A stretch of 64,000 nt of DNA from Candidatus Parcubacteria bacterium (GTDB lineage: Bacteria > Patescibacteriota > Minisyncoccia > Phycocordibacterales > CAIJYI01), in contig JAPLYL010000004.1 in assembly GCA_026395595.1 (NCBI GenBank), forward strand, positions 8,086 through 72,085. Reading direction: 5' to 3'. Below are positions 1 through 9,242 of the stretch, one piece after another. The notes under the pieces were generated by a model, which was given only the letters and a program-made list of their open reading frames with translations, was not told the origin of the DNA and ran no database searches. The stretch's first letter is position 1. Each line of letters opens with the position of its first letter. The position numbers were made by a program, and so were the translations under genes.

Positions 1-968
1 CTCGTTCCATTGATATCGCCAAGCGTGCCATGGATGCATCCGGTTTCAAAGTCTCTGAAATTGATGAGGTCATTTTGGTGGGAGGGCAAACGAGAATGCC
101 GGCAATTGTTGATGCGGTTAGAAAGTTCTTCGGCAAGGAGCCGAACCGCACGATTAACCCTGACGAAGTCGTTGCCCTCGGAGCTTCCATTCAAGGAGGC
201 ATTATGCAGGGGGAAGTGAAGGACGTGCTTTTACTTGATGTTATCCCGCTTTCTCTCGGTATTGAAACGCTTGGAGGCGTTGCGACCAAACTTATAGAAA
301 GAAATACTACTATTCCGGCTTCAAAATCTCAGGTATTTTCAACGGCGGCAGATAATCAGACTTCTGTAGAAATTCACATCGTTCAAGGAGAACGTCCGAT
401 GGTTTCGGACAACAAATCTCTCGGAAGATTTATTTTGGACGGTATCCCGCCGGCTCATCGTGGAACTCCTCAAGTTGAAGTGACGTTTGATATTGATGCA
501 AACGGAATCCTTTCTGTTAAAGCGAGAGAAAAAACTACCGGCAAAGAACAGTCTATTCGCATTACGGCCTCCTCGGGACTTTCTAAAGAAGATATTGAAA
601 AAATGAAGAAAGATGCCGAGATTTATGCGGAAGCTGACAAACAGAAACAAGAAATGATAGAGCTCAAAAATCATACCGAGACACTGATTTATACGGCAGA
701 GAAAGCGCTCAAAGATGCCGGTGACAAAGTTCCTGCTGAAGTAAAAACCGCCGTTGAAGGAAAGATAACTGCACTCAAAGATTTGAAAGACAGCACAGAC
801 AAAGATGTTCTCAAAAAAGCGGTTGACGAACTTTCCGAGGAGCTCATGAAAATTGGCGATGCCATGGCAAAGGAAGAACCGAAACCGGGCGAAACTCCGA
901 AAACTGAAGAAGGAGAAAATCCCGACAAAGGTTCCGAGAATGTTCGCGACGCGGACTTCAAGGAATAA
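1..968 (+). CDS. dnaK: Chaperone DnaK (Hsp70), 5'-truncated by the window edge
   Basis: [34 protein letters not shown] and FSTAADNQ motifs; acidic C-terminal tail. Confidence 0.98.
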   Translation, partial: RSIDIAKRAMDASGFKVSEIDEVILVGGQTRMPAIVDAVRKFFGKEPNRTINPDEVVALGASIQGGIMQGEVKDVLLLDVIPLSLGIETLGGVATKLIERNTTIPASKSQVFSTAADNQTSVEIHIVQGERPMVSDNKSLGRFILDGIPPAHRGTPQVEVTFDIDANGILSVKAREKTTGKEQSIRITASSGLSKEDIEKMKKDAEIYAEADKQKQEMIELKNHTETLIYTAEKALKDAGDKVPAEVKTAVEGKITALKDLKDSTDKDVLKKAVDELSEELMKIGDAMAKEEPKPGETPKTEEGENPDKGSENVRDADFKE

Positions 969-977
969 AATACAAGA

Positions 978-1006
978 AAAAACTCCGGCGCTTTGCCGGA
1001 GTTTTT
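978..1006 (+). terminator. Intrinsic terminator after dnaK
   Basis: AAAAACTCCGGC-gcttt-GCCGGAGTTTTT hairpin. Confidence 0.8.
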
Positions 1007-1033
1007 GGTTTGATATATACTAAAAATACTTTT

Positions 1034-1312
1034 ATGAATAAATATCAGAAAATTCCGGAAGCAATTATTGATTTGCACGGTTATACGACATGGAGGGCAA
1101 AAATGGAGCTTGATAAATTACTGAATGAACACAAATACTCCTTTATACGGATAATCACAGGGAAATGTTCTTATCGTGAACATGGGCCGATACTCGGGCC
1201 ATTCGTGAAGAAATATCTGGAAAAGAAGAACCTAAAATTCAATCAGGCAAAAATCCAAAATGGAGGAGAAGGCGCGTTGGAAGTATATATAACGGATAGA
1301 AAAAAGAAATAA
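1034..1312 (+). CDS. Stand-alone Smr-domain protein
   Basis: IDLHG, IITGK and GGEGAL motifs; ATG at 1034. Confidence 0.85.
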   Translation: MNKYQKIPEAIIDLHGYTTWRAKMELDKLLNEHKYSFIRIITGKCSYREHGPILGPFVKKYLEKKNLKFNQAKIQNGGEGALEVYITDRKKK

Positions 1313-1366
1313 GCAACAAGAAAAAAGGGAAAAGCCGTCCTTAATTGGACGGCTTTTTGGTTGTTG

Positions 1367-1495
1367 TTACTTTTTGCTTTTTAGAAAAAGAACAAGACTT
1401 CTCAACGCATAATAGATACTGACTGCGGTGAACAATGTTCCCAAGGCTAAAATTTGGTGATCGGCTAACACTGAATGCTTTATGAATTCCCACAT
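1367..1495 (-). CDS. Putative 42-aa single-TM small protein
   Basis: MWEFIKHS...ILALGTLFTAVSIYYALRSLVLFLKSKK: hydrophobic helix plus basic tail; hairpin at 1330-1357 downstream. Confidence 0.4.
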   Translation of the reverse strand: MWEFIKHSVLADHQILALGTLFTAVSIYYALRSLVLFLKSKK

Positions 1496-1639
1496 ATGAA
1501 TCTTTTTTTTTATTTTGTCTGAACAAACAATATAACTTAAAGAATATAAAGTCAAATACCTCTTGTAAAAACCATAAAATCGTGGTATTCTGAAGTCAGA
1601 TTTTTCTTTGATTTTTGACTCCCGTTTAAGGAGGCGGTT

Positions 1640-2758
1640 ATGTTTCGGTCTTTCTTTTTAAGTTGGAAATGGGCGCTTCCGGCGTATGGAGGGATCGTTT
1701 CCATATTTGCTTTGCTCCTGTTTCAAGTGCTCACCGCGTGGCGTTTTGCCGATTGGATGCTTACCGTTGGCGGAGTGGTGTCCGGAGCAGAACAATTTAC
1801 GACTCCGGAATTTATTCAGAATTTCATGTATGAGGGAGTGGTTATTGCCGGATTATTTATTCTCATACAATCATTTCTTAACGTTGCATCGCGAGTCTTC
1901 TGTTGGTTCTGGTATGAAGCCATTACATTTTTTTATTTGCCGAATTGGAATAAAACTTTGCGGGATGTCAGTAATCCGGCGGAAAGACTGCAAGATAGCG
2001 CTGAAGCTTTCACTTTTAAATTTTTGGAAATGTCTAAAGCGGCTGTTCGCGCTTCCATTGTACTCGTAACTGGTGTTCCGAAACTATGGATAGCGAGCAA
2101 ATATTTTAACTTTTTCTCTTTTGGACATATTCCCGGAATGCTGGTGTGGGTCGTTTGCTTTGTCTGCATCGTCGGCTTTTTGATTTCCAAATTGATCGGT
2201 ATTAATTTGGAAAAATGCCGGTATGACATCAGAACAGCTCGCGGTTTTTATCGAAGCGGGATTGAACATGTTCAGCGGAATAAAAACCGAGACGATTCTA
2301 TTCCGAATCTGGAAAAGCTTATGAAGAAAATGAGGAGGGCCAATTTTCGTTTGTTTTTTAACCAATTTTGGTTTGAAATCTGGCTTGGACTCTACGGTCA
2401 ATTTTGGGCCGTAGCACCGCTTATATTCTTCGGCTATAACGTGTTCTCTAAGAATTCCACTTATGGAAGAGCCGAACAGACGCGAAGCACTCTTGGTGAA
2501 GTTAACGGCGCCGCCTCTACTCCCATTTCTCTCTATGATATGTATACCGACTTTTTAAGTACGGCAGCACGTCTGAAAGAATTGGAAGAAACGATCAATA
2601 ACCCGGACAATTGGGAAATGGAAAGAAAAGAAAATGGTTGGGAAGACCGACGTGTCGGTAATAATTTTGTGACCGATCAAAGCGGCAAAAAGATTGCACT
2701 TTCGTTAGATGAACTTTCCCTTTTATTGGAACACATTCGCAGAAAAGAAAAGGAGTAA
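1640..2758 (+). CDS. SbmA/BacA-like peptide transporter (ABC membrane domain), paralogue 1
   Basis: MFRSFF..WALPAYGG start, NPAERLQD motif, multiple TM segments; SD AAGGAGG; similar to 16194-17231. Confidence 0.75.
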   Translation: MFRSFFLSWKWALPAYGGIVSIFALLLFQVLTAWRFADWMLTVGGVVSGAEQFTTPEFIQNFMYEGVVIAGLFILIQSFLNVASRVFCWFWYEAITFFYLPNWNKTLRDVSNPAERLQDSAEAFTFKFLEMSKAAVRASIVLVTGVPKLWIASKYFNFFSFGHIPGMLVWVVCFVCIVGFLISKLIGINLEKCRYDIRTARGFYRSGIEHVQRNKNRDDSIPNLEKLMKKMRRANFRLFFNQFWFEIWLGLYGQFWAVAPLIFFGYNVFSKNSTYGRAEQTRSTLGEVNGAASTPISLYDMYTDFLSTAARLKELEETINNPDNWEMERKENGWEDRRVGNNFVTDQSGKKIALSLDELSLLLEHIRRKEKE

Positions 2759-2765
2759 ATTTATA

Positions 2766-2800
2766 AAAACCCCGCTCAGTTCATTGAGCGGGGTTGTTTT
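2766..2800. terminator. Bidirectional terminator
   Basis: AACCCCGCTCA-gttcat-TGAGCGGGGTT between convergent genes. Confidence 0.75.
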
Positions 2801-3756
2801 TATGCACTGTTTTTTACTTGGATTACTTCTGCGGCAATGCTTATCGCAATCTCTGCAGGGGTTCGGCTTTTTATGGAAAGCCCGATAGGGGAATGAACTA
2901 TTTTCAGTTTTTCCTTTGAAAAGCCGTCTTTTTCAAGATTAGCGAAAATTTCCGCGACTTTTGTTTTGCTGGCCATCATGCCGATATATTTCAGGTTTTT
3001 TCCGAGCAACCCTCGCAAAACCATTTCGTCATGGATATGGCTCGGGGTCATAATAAACGCGTAAGAGTTTTGTCCTTCTTTGATGAGATTTGGAAGTGTT
3101 TCAAACGGGGAAATAAAAAGCTGATCGCACCATTTATTTTCTTGAAGCGTGTTAATGAACGGACGTTCATCTAAAACAGCGATACGGAAACCGAGACTTG
3201 CGAGTATCGGCGAAAGCGCCAAACACACGTGTCCGCCGCCAAAAATATAAGCGGTATTTTTTTGTCCGATGGTCTCTTCGTAAAACCAACAGCTATCCCG
3301 AAAGTTCGTAAACGAATGAGAACTGTTCCGAATTTCATCCAAACATTCTATTCCCAAGAAGGAAAGACGCAGCGTTTTTGGACCATGGTCGGAAAGAAAA
3401 GAATCTTCGCATTGTTTAAGAATAGCAAGAGCATTTTTCCCTAACGGGTGCATGGCAATAGTTTGCGTTCCTCCGCATATCATTCCGGAAGCATTTTTTC
3501 CGGCCGAAAGTTCATGAACGCGATGAAAAATTTCAGGGGCGGCAGTGTTTTCTGCGAGGTGTTTTCTTGCGATTTTCACCATGTTTTTTTCAATCGTACC
3601 GCCCCCGATTGTTCCAAATAAAATGTTTTTTGTGGCGGCCATCATAAAACCGGTTTTTCCCGGAGCATGTCCCGAAGAAGAAACGACGGTCATAAGGATA
3701 ACGGGATTACTGTTTTGTAGAGAGTCAATAAGGAATTTCAGAATTTCTATGTTCAC
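2800..3756 (-). CDS. xdhC: XdhC/CoxI family xanthine dehydrogenase maturation factor
   Basis: GHAPGKTG, GTIGGG, GMICGG, IFGGGHV, YIGMM, PIGL and PAEIAISIAAE motifs; GTG start at 3756 overlaps the upstream stop (GTGA). Confidence 0.9.
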   Translation of the reverse strand: MNIEILKFLIDSLQNSNPVILMTVVSSSGHAPGKTGFMMAATKNILFGTIGGGTIEKNMVKIARKHLAENTAAPEIFHRVHELSAGKNASGMICGGTQTIAMHPLGKNALAILKQCEDSFLSDHGPKTLRLSFLGIECLDEIRNSSHSFTNFRDSCWFYEETIGQKNTAYIFGGGHVCLALSPILASLGFRIAVLDERPFINTLQENKWCDQLFISPFETLPNLIKEGQNSYAFIMTPSHIHDEMVLRGLLGKNLKYIGMMASKTKVAEIFANLEKDGFSKEKLKIVHSPIGLSIKSRTPAEIAISIAAEVIQVKNSA

Positions 3757-4277
3757 TTGAACCACACGGCTCCCATGGCGTACATTATCGCCATTAATGA
3801 TGAAAAGATAGAACTGGCAATATATCGCCATTCCAGAGGTACTTTGTTCTGAATGACGTAATTGCCGAGAATGGAAAGCGGAATGTTGGTCAAAAAAGAC
3901 ATGCCAGCAATTGGTAAAAGCGCCCAAGAAACACTGGCCCACTGACCGGTAAAAAGATTAATGAATAAAAGATGGCGCGCAATCCAGAGAGGGTTGAAAT
4001 ACCCCATGGCGAGCGCCGTTCGCGCCGCTATTTTTTTGAAACCTGGCTCGTATCTTTTTGTCCATTTGTCTATGAGCAAAAACCAGTTTGGGACTTCAAG
4101 GGCATAAATCGTTCCGCCAAGAATCGCCATTCCTAAAATTCGGGACATTGAGATGTTTCCGTTAATAAGCGTGGCAATCGTATCACCGATGGCATAGATA
4201 AAAATACCGGAAATGATATTTCTCCATGAGTAATTGATACGCTCCATCCAACTGGGTGTCGACAGTTTTATACGCAT
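3753..4277 (-). CDS. Mpv17/PMP22-like 4-TM membrane protein
   Basis: GDTIA in TM1, SR/MAILG, NY-x-IQNKVPLEWR near TM4; size and pattern of Mpv17/PMP22. Confidence 0.65.
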   Translation of the reverse strand: MRIKLSTPSWMERINYSWRNIISGIFIYAIGDTIATLINGNISMSRILGMAILGGTIYALEVPNWFLLIDKWTKRYEPGFKKIAARTALAMGYFNPLWIARHLLFINLFTGQWASVSWALLPIAGMSFLTNIPLSILGNYVIQNKVPLEWRYIASSIFSSLMAIMYAMGAVWFK

Positions 4278-4327
4278 ATTTTCTTTTCAAAGAAAGATAT
4301 TTCTTCGGAGATTTTATAATGAATAAT

Positions 4328-6499
4328 TTATATTGTCAATTTTTCTAACTTTCCCCGCACCTCTGTTTCTTTTTGTATATCTTCTTTCTTTTGTTCTTCA
4401 ATCGTTTTTTCTTCCTTGAGTGCGTCCAATCTTTTTTGTATTTCTTCTGCCATTTCAGGATGAGATTCTCTTTTGATAAATTTTTCCGTTCGTTCAATGA
4501 AACCTATTTTTTCTTCGGTTGAAAAGTTTTTTGGATTTGACATAACCTCTTCCTTTGTCGTTTCGCGCTCTTCTGTCAAATTGAACATTTTTCCGTCGCG
4601 AGAGACTTTGATGACGGGAATACTCATTTCTTTCGCAAGTTTTTGAATACGGGGAAGCGCCGTATCATAATTTTTGGCGTTTTCCATAATGTATAGGGCT
4701 GTAATTTTTGGATTTCTTACTATAAATTCATTCCATGTCGTCATTCTTTGGTCGTTTCGATCGCCGATATTTATAGATTTTGCTATGTTTTCAGAAATGT
4801 TTGTTTGAATTGAAGAAGGTCCACTTTTTGGATGTTTTATTTTTAAACTTTCTGCTTGTGTTCCTATGTCTTCTTCGTGTGCACTCATTATTTCTCCTTC
4901 TCCGATAATAATTCCCGTTTCATACATAGTCTCTCCTCGTTGGGGTGTATTTTTGGAAAGTTCAGAATCTAATATTTTTGAGGAAACGGAGATGGTTGGT
5001 TCTAACCCGGCAAGAAAGAGAACCTTGTCTTCTTCCGGCATTGCTTCTGTATCAACCAATTGATTATTTTTTGAAGTATTCGCCATTTGCACTTCAAAAG
5101 GAAGTCCGTGAAGAAAAAGCACATTATGTTTTTTGACGTTTTCTTGGATGTCTCTGTCTTTTTTGTCTTGCTCAAATTCTTCTTTGATATCCGCTTGCTT
5201 TCCGTAAAATTCAGCAATTTTTGTTTTGGCTTTATTATGCCAGGCTTCATCTATTATCACATCTTTTACATCCTCTATTTGTTTATCATAATATGTTATC
5301 ATATCGCGACCGCTTTCGGCGTATTTTTGTTCTTGCTCCGCTCTTGTTACTCGGTCTTCGTTAAAATATCCAACCTCAGTTTTCTTTTGATAATACTCCG
5401 ATTCTTTTTTAGATACGTCTTGCCCTCCTCCAAATCTTCTTTGTATCTTATACCAAATACTTGATTTTCTTTTTTCTATTTCTTCTTTGAGGGTTTTTAA
5501 TTCCTCCTGTGCCGCAAGCCATTCGCTTTGCTCTTTTTTTATCTCCTCTACATTCCTTCCGGCTGTTTCAATTTTTTGTTCATAGTCTCCTCGTTTTTCT
5601 GAAAGTACAGCCCTTTCCCTTGCACGTTTTTCGTTTTCTTCCGGGAGGTCTTTCATATATTTTCTTCGGAGTTGATACATTTCTACAGCAAGTTCATTTC
5701 GTCCTCTCTTTGAAAATTCTTTGCTGAAATCATAGGATTCTTCTTTTGGATTTTCTGGTGTTTTTTTATTCAGAATATCTTCGTAACTTATTTGGTCCAC
5801 TTTTTCGGCAAGTACATCATAGAGACGTTTTGTGTCTGGGGCGAGTGCAAGAGTTTTTTCTTCCGGGTTGAAAACAAAACGCTGATTCGTTGCACTTGTT
5901 TCTGAACCGCCAGCATCTGTGGTATAGCTACTGGCGTCTGCTTCAAATAATATAGTAAGCAGATTAAAGAAAACTTTTTTATCAAGTCCATGTTCCCCCG
6001 CAATACGGACTATTTCCTCGGCACTTTTAATAGCATCTCCTTTTTGTAAAAAGCTACCGATTGCATCTCCTTCGATGAGTGCGGTCGCCATAGAAATTTC
6101 TTTTTCTGTGTATCTGAGCTGAGGCAAGACTGACTTCATTATTTTTTCGGTGTATTCATGCTGTCGGTCTTTATCCCCGGTTTTTTCGATTGCCTCCGGT
6201 TTTCCAATATCATGTAATACAAGAAAAGTTTCAAAAAATTTCGAATCGGTTCCGCCTGGCAATTCCTTTCCCTTAAAATATTTTTCATATTGACTCATCA
6301 TCATACTCGTATGTTGTCTCAAAGAATAGCCCTCATTTGTACCAACACTTTTGTCAAACGTTTGGTTGAAATCTTTTTCGAATACAGAGATAAGATCTTT
6401 ATGTGTATGATTCGGATCATTAAGAACGGCATCTAACTCTTCCCGTTTCATTGTGATCGGATATTCTGTTTGTTCTTTGTTATATAAAGTTTCTTGCAT
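4328..6499 (-). CDS. 723-aa protein: N-terminal HD domain, central coiled coil, C-terminal possible ADP-ribosyltransferase-like domain
   Basis: H...LHDIGK...H...D HD motif; E/K-rich helical middle; C-terminal FLHG / TISVSS / WNEFIV pattern. Confidence 0.55.
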   Translation of the reverse strand: MQETLYNKEQTEYPITMKREELDAVLNDPNHTHKDLISVFEKDFNQTFDKSVGTNEGYSLRQHTSMMMSQYEKYFKGKELPGGTDSKFFETFLVLHDIGKPEAIEKTGDKDRQHEYTEKIMKSVLPQLRYTEKEISMATALIEGDAIGSFLQKGDAIKSAEEIVRIAGEHGLDKKVFFNLLTILFEADASSYTTDAGGSETSATNQRFVFNPEEKTLALAPDTKRLYDVLAEKVDQISYEDILNKKTPENPKEESYDFSKEFSKRGRNELAVEMYQLRRKYMKDLPEENEKRARERAVLSEKRGDYEQKIETAGRNVEEIKKEQSEWLAAQEELKTLKEEIEKRKSSIWYKIQRRFGGGQDVSKKESEYYQKKTEVGYFNEDRVTRAEQEQKYAESGRDMITYYDKQIEDVKDVIIDEAWHNKAKTKIAEFYGKQADIKEEFEQDKKDRDIQENVKKHNVLFLHGLPFEVQMANTSKNNQLVDTEAMPEEDKVLFLAGLEPTISVSSKILDSELSKNTPQRGETMYETGIIIGEGEIMSAHEEDIGTQAESLKIKHPKSGPSSIQTNISENIAKSINIGDRNDQRMTTWNEFIVRNPKITALYIMENAKNYDTALPRIQKLAKEMSIPVIKVSRDGKMFNLTEERETTKEEVMSNPKNFSTEEKIGFIERTEKFIKRESHPEMAEEIQKRLDALKEEKTIEEQKKEDIQKETEVRGKLEKLTI

Positions 6500-6504
6500 A
6501 GGAA

Positions 6505-6975
6505 TTAGTATTCAATTTTATCATTTTTTGTCGTCCAATCTTGGAAGGCTTTAGTGGCCTCCTTATCTTCCAAACGCAAAAAAGAGATACTGCGGTTCTC
6601 GTATTCTTTTCCGATTTCTTCGTAAATGAACTGGTCGTCAAAGCCGATGTCTTTGGCATCTTTTTTGGTGCTGGAATAATAGACTCTTTCGGGTCTCGCC
6701 CAATAGATGGCGCCGAGACACATTGGGCAGGGTTCGCAGGAGGTGTAGATTTCACAGCCGTCCAGTTGGAAAGAATTAAGCATCTTGCAAGCGTTTCTGA
6801 TGGCAACCACTTCCGCATGCGCAGTCGGGTCATTTTGGGTGGTAACATGGTTCGCCCCCTCCGCTATTATCACCCCGTCTTTTACGATGACGCAACCGAA
6901 CGGTCCGCCGGTTCCGTTGGCGATATTTTCTCTTGCGAGTACTCCCGCTCTCTTCATAAAATCTTGATTTTCCAT
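6505..6975 (-). CDS. guaD: Guanine deaminase (cytidine-deaminase fold, B. subtilis GuaD type)
   Basis: GGPFG, DPTAHAE, SCEPCPMC, GFDD and C-terminal Y; adjacent to xdhB. Confidence 0.88.
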   Translation of the reverse strand: MENQDFMKRAGVLARENIANGTGGPFGCVIVKDGVIIAEGANHVTTQNDPTAHAEVVAIRNACKMLNSFQLDGCEIYTSCEPCPMCLGAIYWARPERVYYSSTKKDAKDIGFDDQFIYEEIGKEYENRSISFLRLEDKEATKAFQDWTTKNDKIEY

Positions 6976-6977
6976 GT

Positions 6978-9236
6978 TTATTTTTGCTTATCGTGAAGTA
7001 ATAAAAATACTTTTTCCGGCGTGAGCGGAGCGTCAATGGTTCCACTCATTTCGGGGTTGTATGCTTTGATGGCGTTCAAAATGGCGAAATAAGCGCTGAT
7101 GCTGTAGAGGAGGGGAGGTTCGCCGATCGCCTTGGAATTAAACGGTCCGAAACGGTTTTCGGATCCGGTATAAAATTCTGTAATAACCTCCGGTGCGGAA
7201 TAGATATCGGGAAGTTTGTATCCTCCAAGATTACCGGTGAGAATTTTTCCATCTTTGCTGTGCACGATCTCTTCACTGGTGAGCCAGCCGATACCTTGGA
7301 CGACTGCGCCTTCAACTTGTCCAAGGTCTATTTTTTCCGCGAGACTTTTTCCGACATCATGGATGATTTTTACTGAATGGACGTCATACGTTCCGCGCAG
7401 ACAGTCAATCGTAACCTCGGAAATAGCAGCGCCGAAAACATAGTAGGCATAGAGTTTCCCTTTTTTTGTTTTTGGATCGGCGAAGATTTCCGGTGTTGCG
7501 TAGAACGCGTGTGCGGAAAGTCCGATTTTATTCATGTAAGTCATGATAATCAAACGGTTCCAGTCCCAATCGGTCTTTTCTTCTTTTGCGTATACGGTCT
7601 CGTTTTGTATTTCAATTTCTTCCGGTTTGCAGCCTATCTGTTTGGAGGCAAAAAGTTTGAGTCGTCCGAGAATGTTGTTGCAGGCGAGAATAGCGGCATT
7701 GCCGTTCAGATCGGCGCCGCTTGAGGCGGCTGTCGCTGAAGTGTTGGCAATGCGCGTCGTATTCGTACTTTCAATTTTAACACGGGAAGAATTTACCGAG
7801 AGGGTTTTTGCGACAATCTCCCGTATTTTTGTATTTACCCCTTGTCCCATTTCTATTGCTGCGGTAGAAACGGAAATGCTGCCATCTGTGTAAATGTGCA
7901 CCGTGGCGCTCGCCTGATCCATAAAAGTGGTGGCATCAAAAGAAACACCAAAACAAAGAGGGAATATCGCTGCGCCTTTTTTCTCTGTCTGGTGTGTTTT
8001 ATTCCAATTTTCGGTGTCCTTTAAAATTTTAGGAAAGTCATATTTTTTTACCGCTTCGTCAAAGCATTCAAGAGAGAGAACATTTTGAATCTTTGATCCG
8101 TAGACCATATCGTCTTCTTCAGAAAGGAGGTTTTTCTTTTGGAGTTCGTGTTTTTGAATCCCAAGTTTTTCCGAGGCTTTTAACAAAGCGGTTTCAATGA
8201 CTATTGCCGCTTGCGGGGAACCGAATCCGCGGAACGCTGTAGCTGAGGTTGTGTTCGTCAGACAGCTTGCGCCGGTGACTTTTATGTTGGGAACATAATA
8301 GGCTGAAGTTGAATGGGTAATGCCTTTATGAAGCACAGGAAGAGAAAGATCTGAATACGCGCCGGAATTTTGATAATGAAAAACTTCATAAGCAAGAATT
8401 TTTCCTTCTTTGGAAAGTCCCATTTTATAATCGCAAGAGTATGCATGTCTTTTTCCGGACATCTTCATGTCTTCATCTCGGTTGAGAACAAGCTTTACAG
8501 GAACTTTTAATTTGAATGCTGCGAGCGCCGTCATTGACGCCCATCGGGCTGCCTGCGCTTCTTTTCCTCCAAAACCTCCTCCGATGCGAACAACATCAAC
8601 TTCAATTTTATTCATAGGGATTCCAAGAACGCGGGAGGCAATGCTTTGGATGTGAGAAGTTGATTGTGTGCTTGAAAAGATTTTGAGTCCTCCGTTGTCG
8701 GTCGGAACAGAAATGGCGCTTTGCGTTTCAAAATAAAAATGCTCTTGACCCCCTATTTCCACTCGGCCTTCAATAACGGCGTCGCAGTTTTTCCACATGC
8801 TTTCCGGGTCGCCCATCACATAAATTTCCGGAGATCCTGAAATAAGGTTTTTTGCGTAGGCCTCTCTCGGGTCAAAGATCGGCGGTAGTTCGCTTATTTC
8901 ACAGGTGATAAGTTTGATTGCCTTGCGCGCGATTTCTGCCGTGTCTGCTACCACGAGAGCGATTGGGTCGCCCACATGCTTTGTTTCTTCAGAACAGAAA
9001 AGAGGTTCGTCGTGAATGACCGAGCCGATTTGATTTTCTCCGGGAATATCTTTGGCAGAAAATACGGTTCGGACTCCGGGAAATTTTTCCGCTTCTTCCG
9101 TATTCAGTTTTATTAGTTTTCCGCGGGCGACCGGGGAAGAAAAAACAGCAGAATGAAGCATATTTGAGGGCATCGGAATGTCGTCAATATATTGCGCTTC
9201 CCCTCGCACCATTGAATCAATATCTACGTGTTTCAT
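6978..9236 (-). CDS. xdhB: Xanthine dehydrogenase molybdopterin-binding subunit
   Basis: QEHFY, GGGFGGKE, AFRGFG, EMGQG, TAASSG and SKAIGEPP (catalytic Glu). Confidence 0.92.
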   Translation of the reverse strand: MKHVDIDSMVRGEAQYIDDIPMPSNMLHSAVFSSPVARGKLIKLNTEEAEKFPGVRTVFSAKDIPGENQIGSVIHDEPLFCSEETKHVGDPIALVVADTAEIARKAIKLITCEISELPPIFDPREAYAKNLISGSPEIYVMGDPESMWKNCDAVIEGRVEIGGQEHFYFETQSAISVPTDNGGLKIFSSTQSTSHIQSIASRVLGIPMNKIEVDVVRIGGGFGGKEAQAARWASMTALAAFKLKVPVKLVLNRDEDMKMSGKRHAYSCDYKMGLSKEGKILAYEVFHYQNSGAYSDLSLPVLHKGITHSTSAYYVPNIKVTGASCLTNTTSATAFRGFGSPQAAIVIETALLKASEKLGIQKHELQKKNLLSEEDDMVYGSKIQNVLSLECFDEAVKKYDFPKILKDTENWNKTHQTEKKGAAIFPLCFGVSFDATTFMDQASATVHIYTDGSISVSTAAIEMGQGVNTKIREIVAKTLSVNSSRVKIESTNTTRIANTSATAASSGADLNGNAAILACNNILGRLKLFASKQIGCKPEEIEIQNETVYAKEEKTDWDWNRLIIMTYMNKIGLSAHAFYATPEIFADPKTKKGKLYAYYVFGAAISEVTIDCLRGTYDVHSVKIIHDVGKSLAEKIDLGQVEGAVVQGIGWLTSEEIVHSKDGKILTGNLGGYKLPDIYSAPEVITEFYTGSENRFGPFNSKAIGEPPLLYSISAYFAILNAIKAYNPEMSGTIDAPLTPEKVFLLLHDKQK

Positions 9237-9242
9237 ATTTTT

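Noticed and set aside
3757-3942. N-terminal extension of XdhC in the ORF track
   Set aside because: Overlaps the Mpv17-like gene; the GTGA-coupled start at 3756 is more plausible
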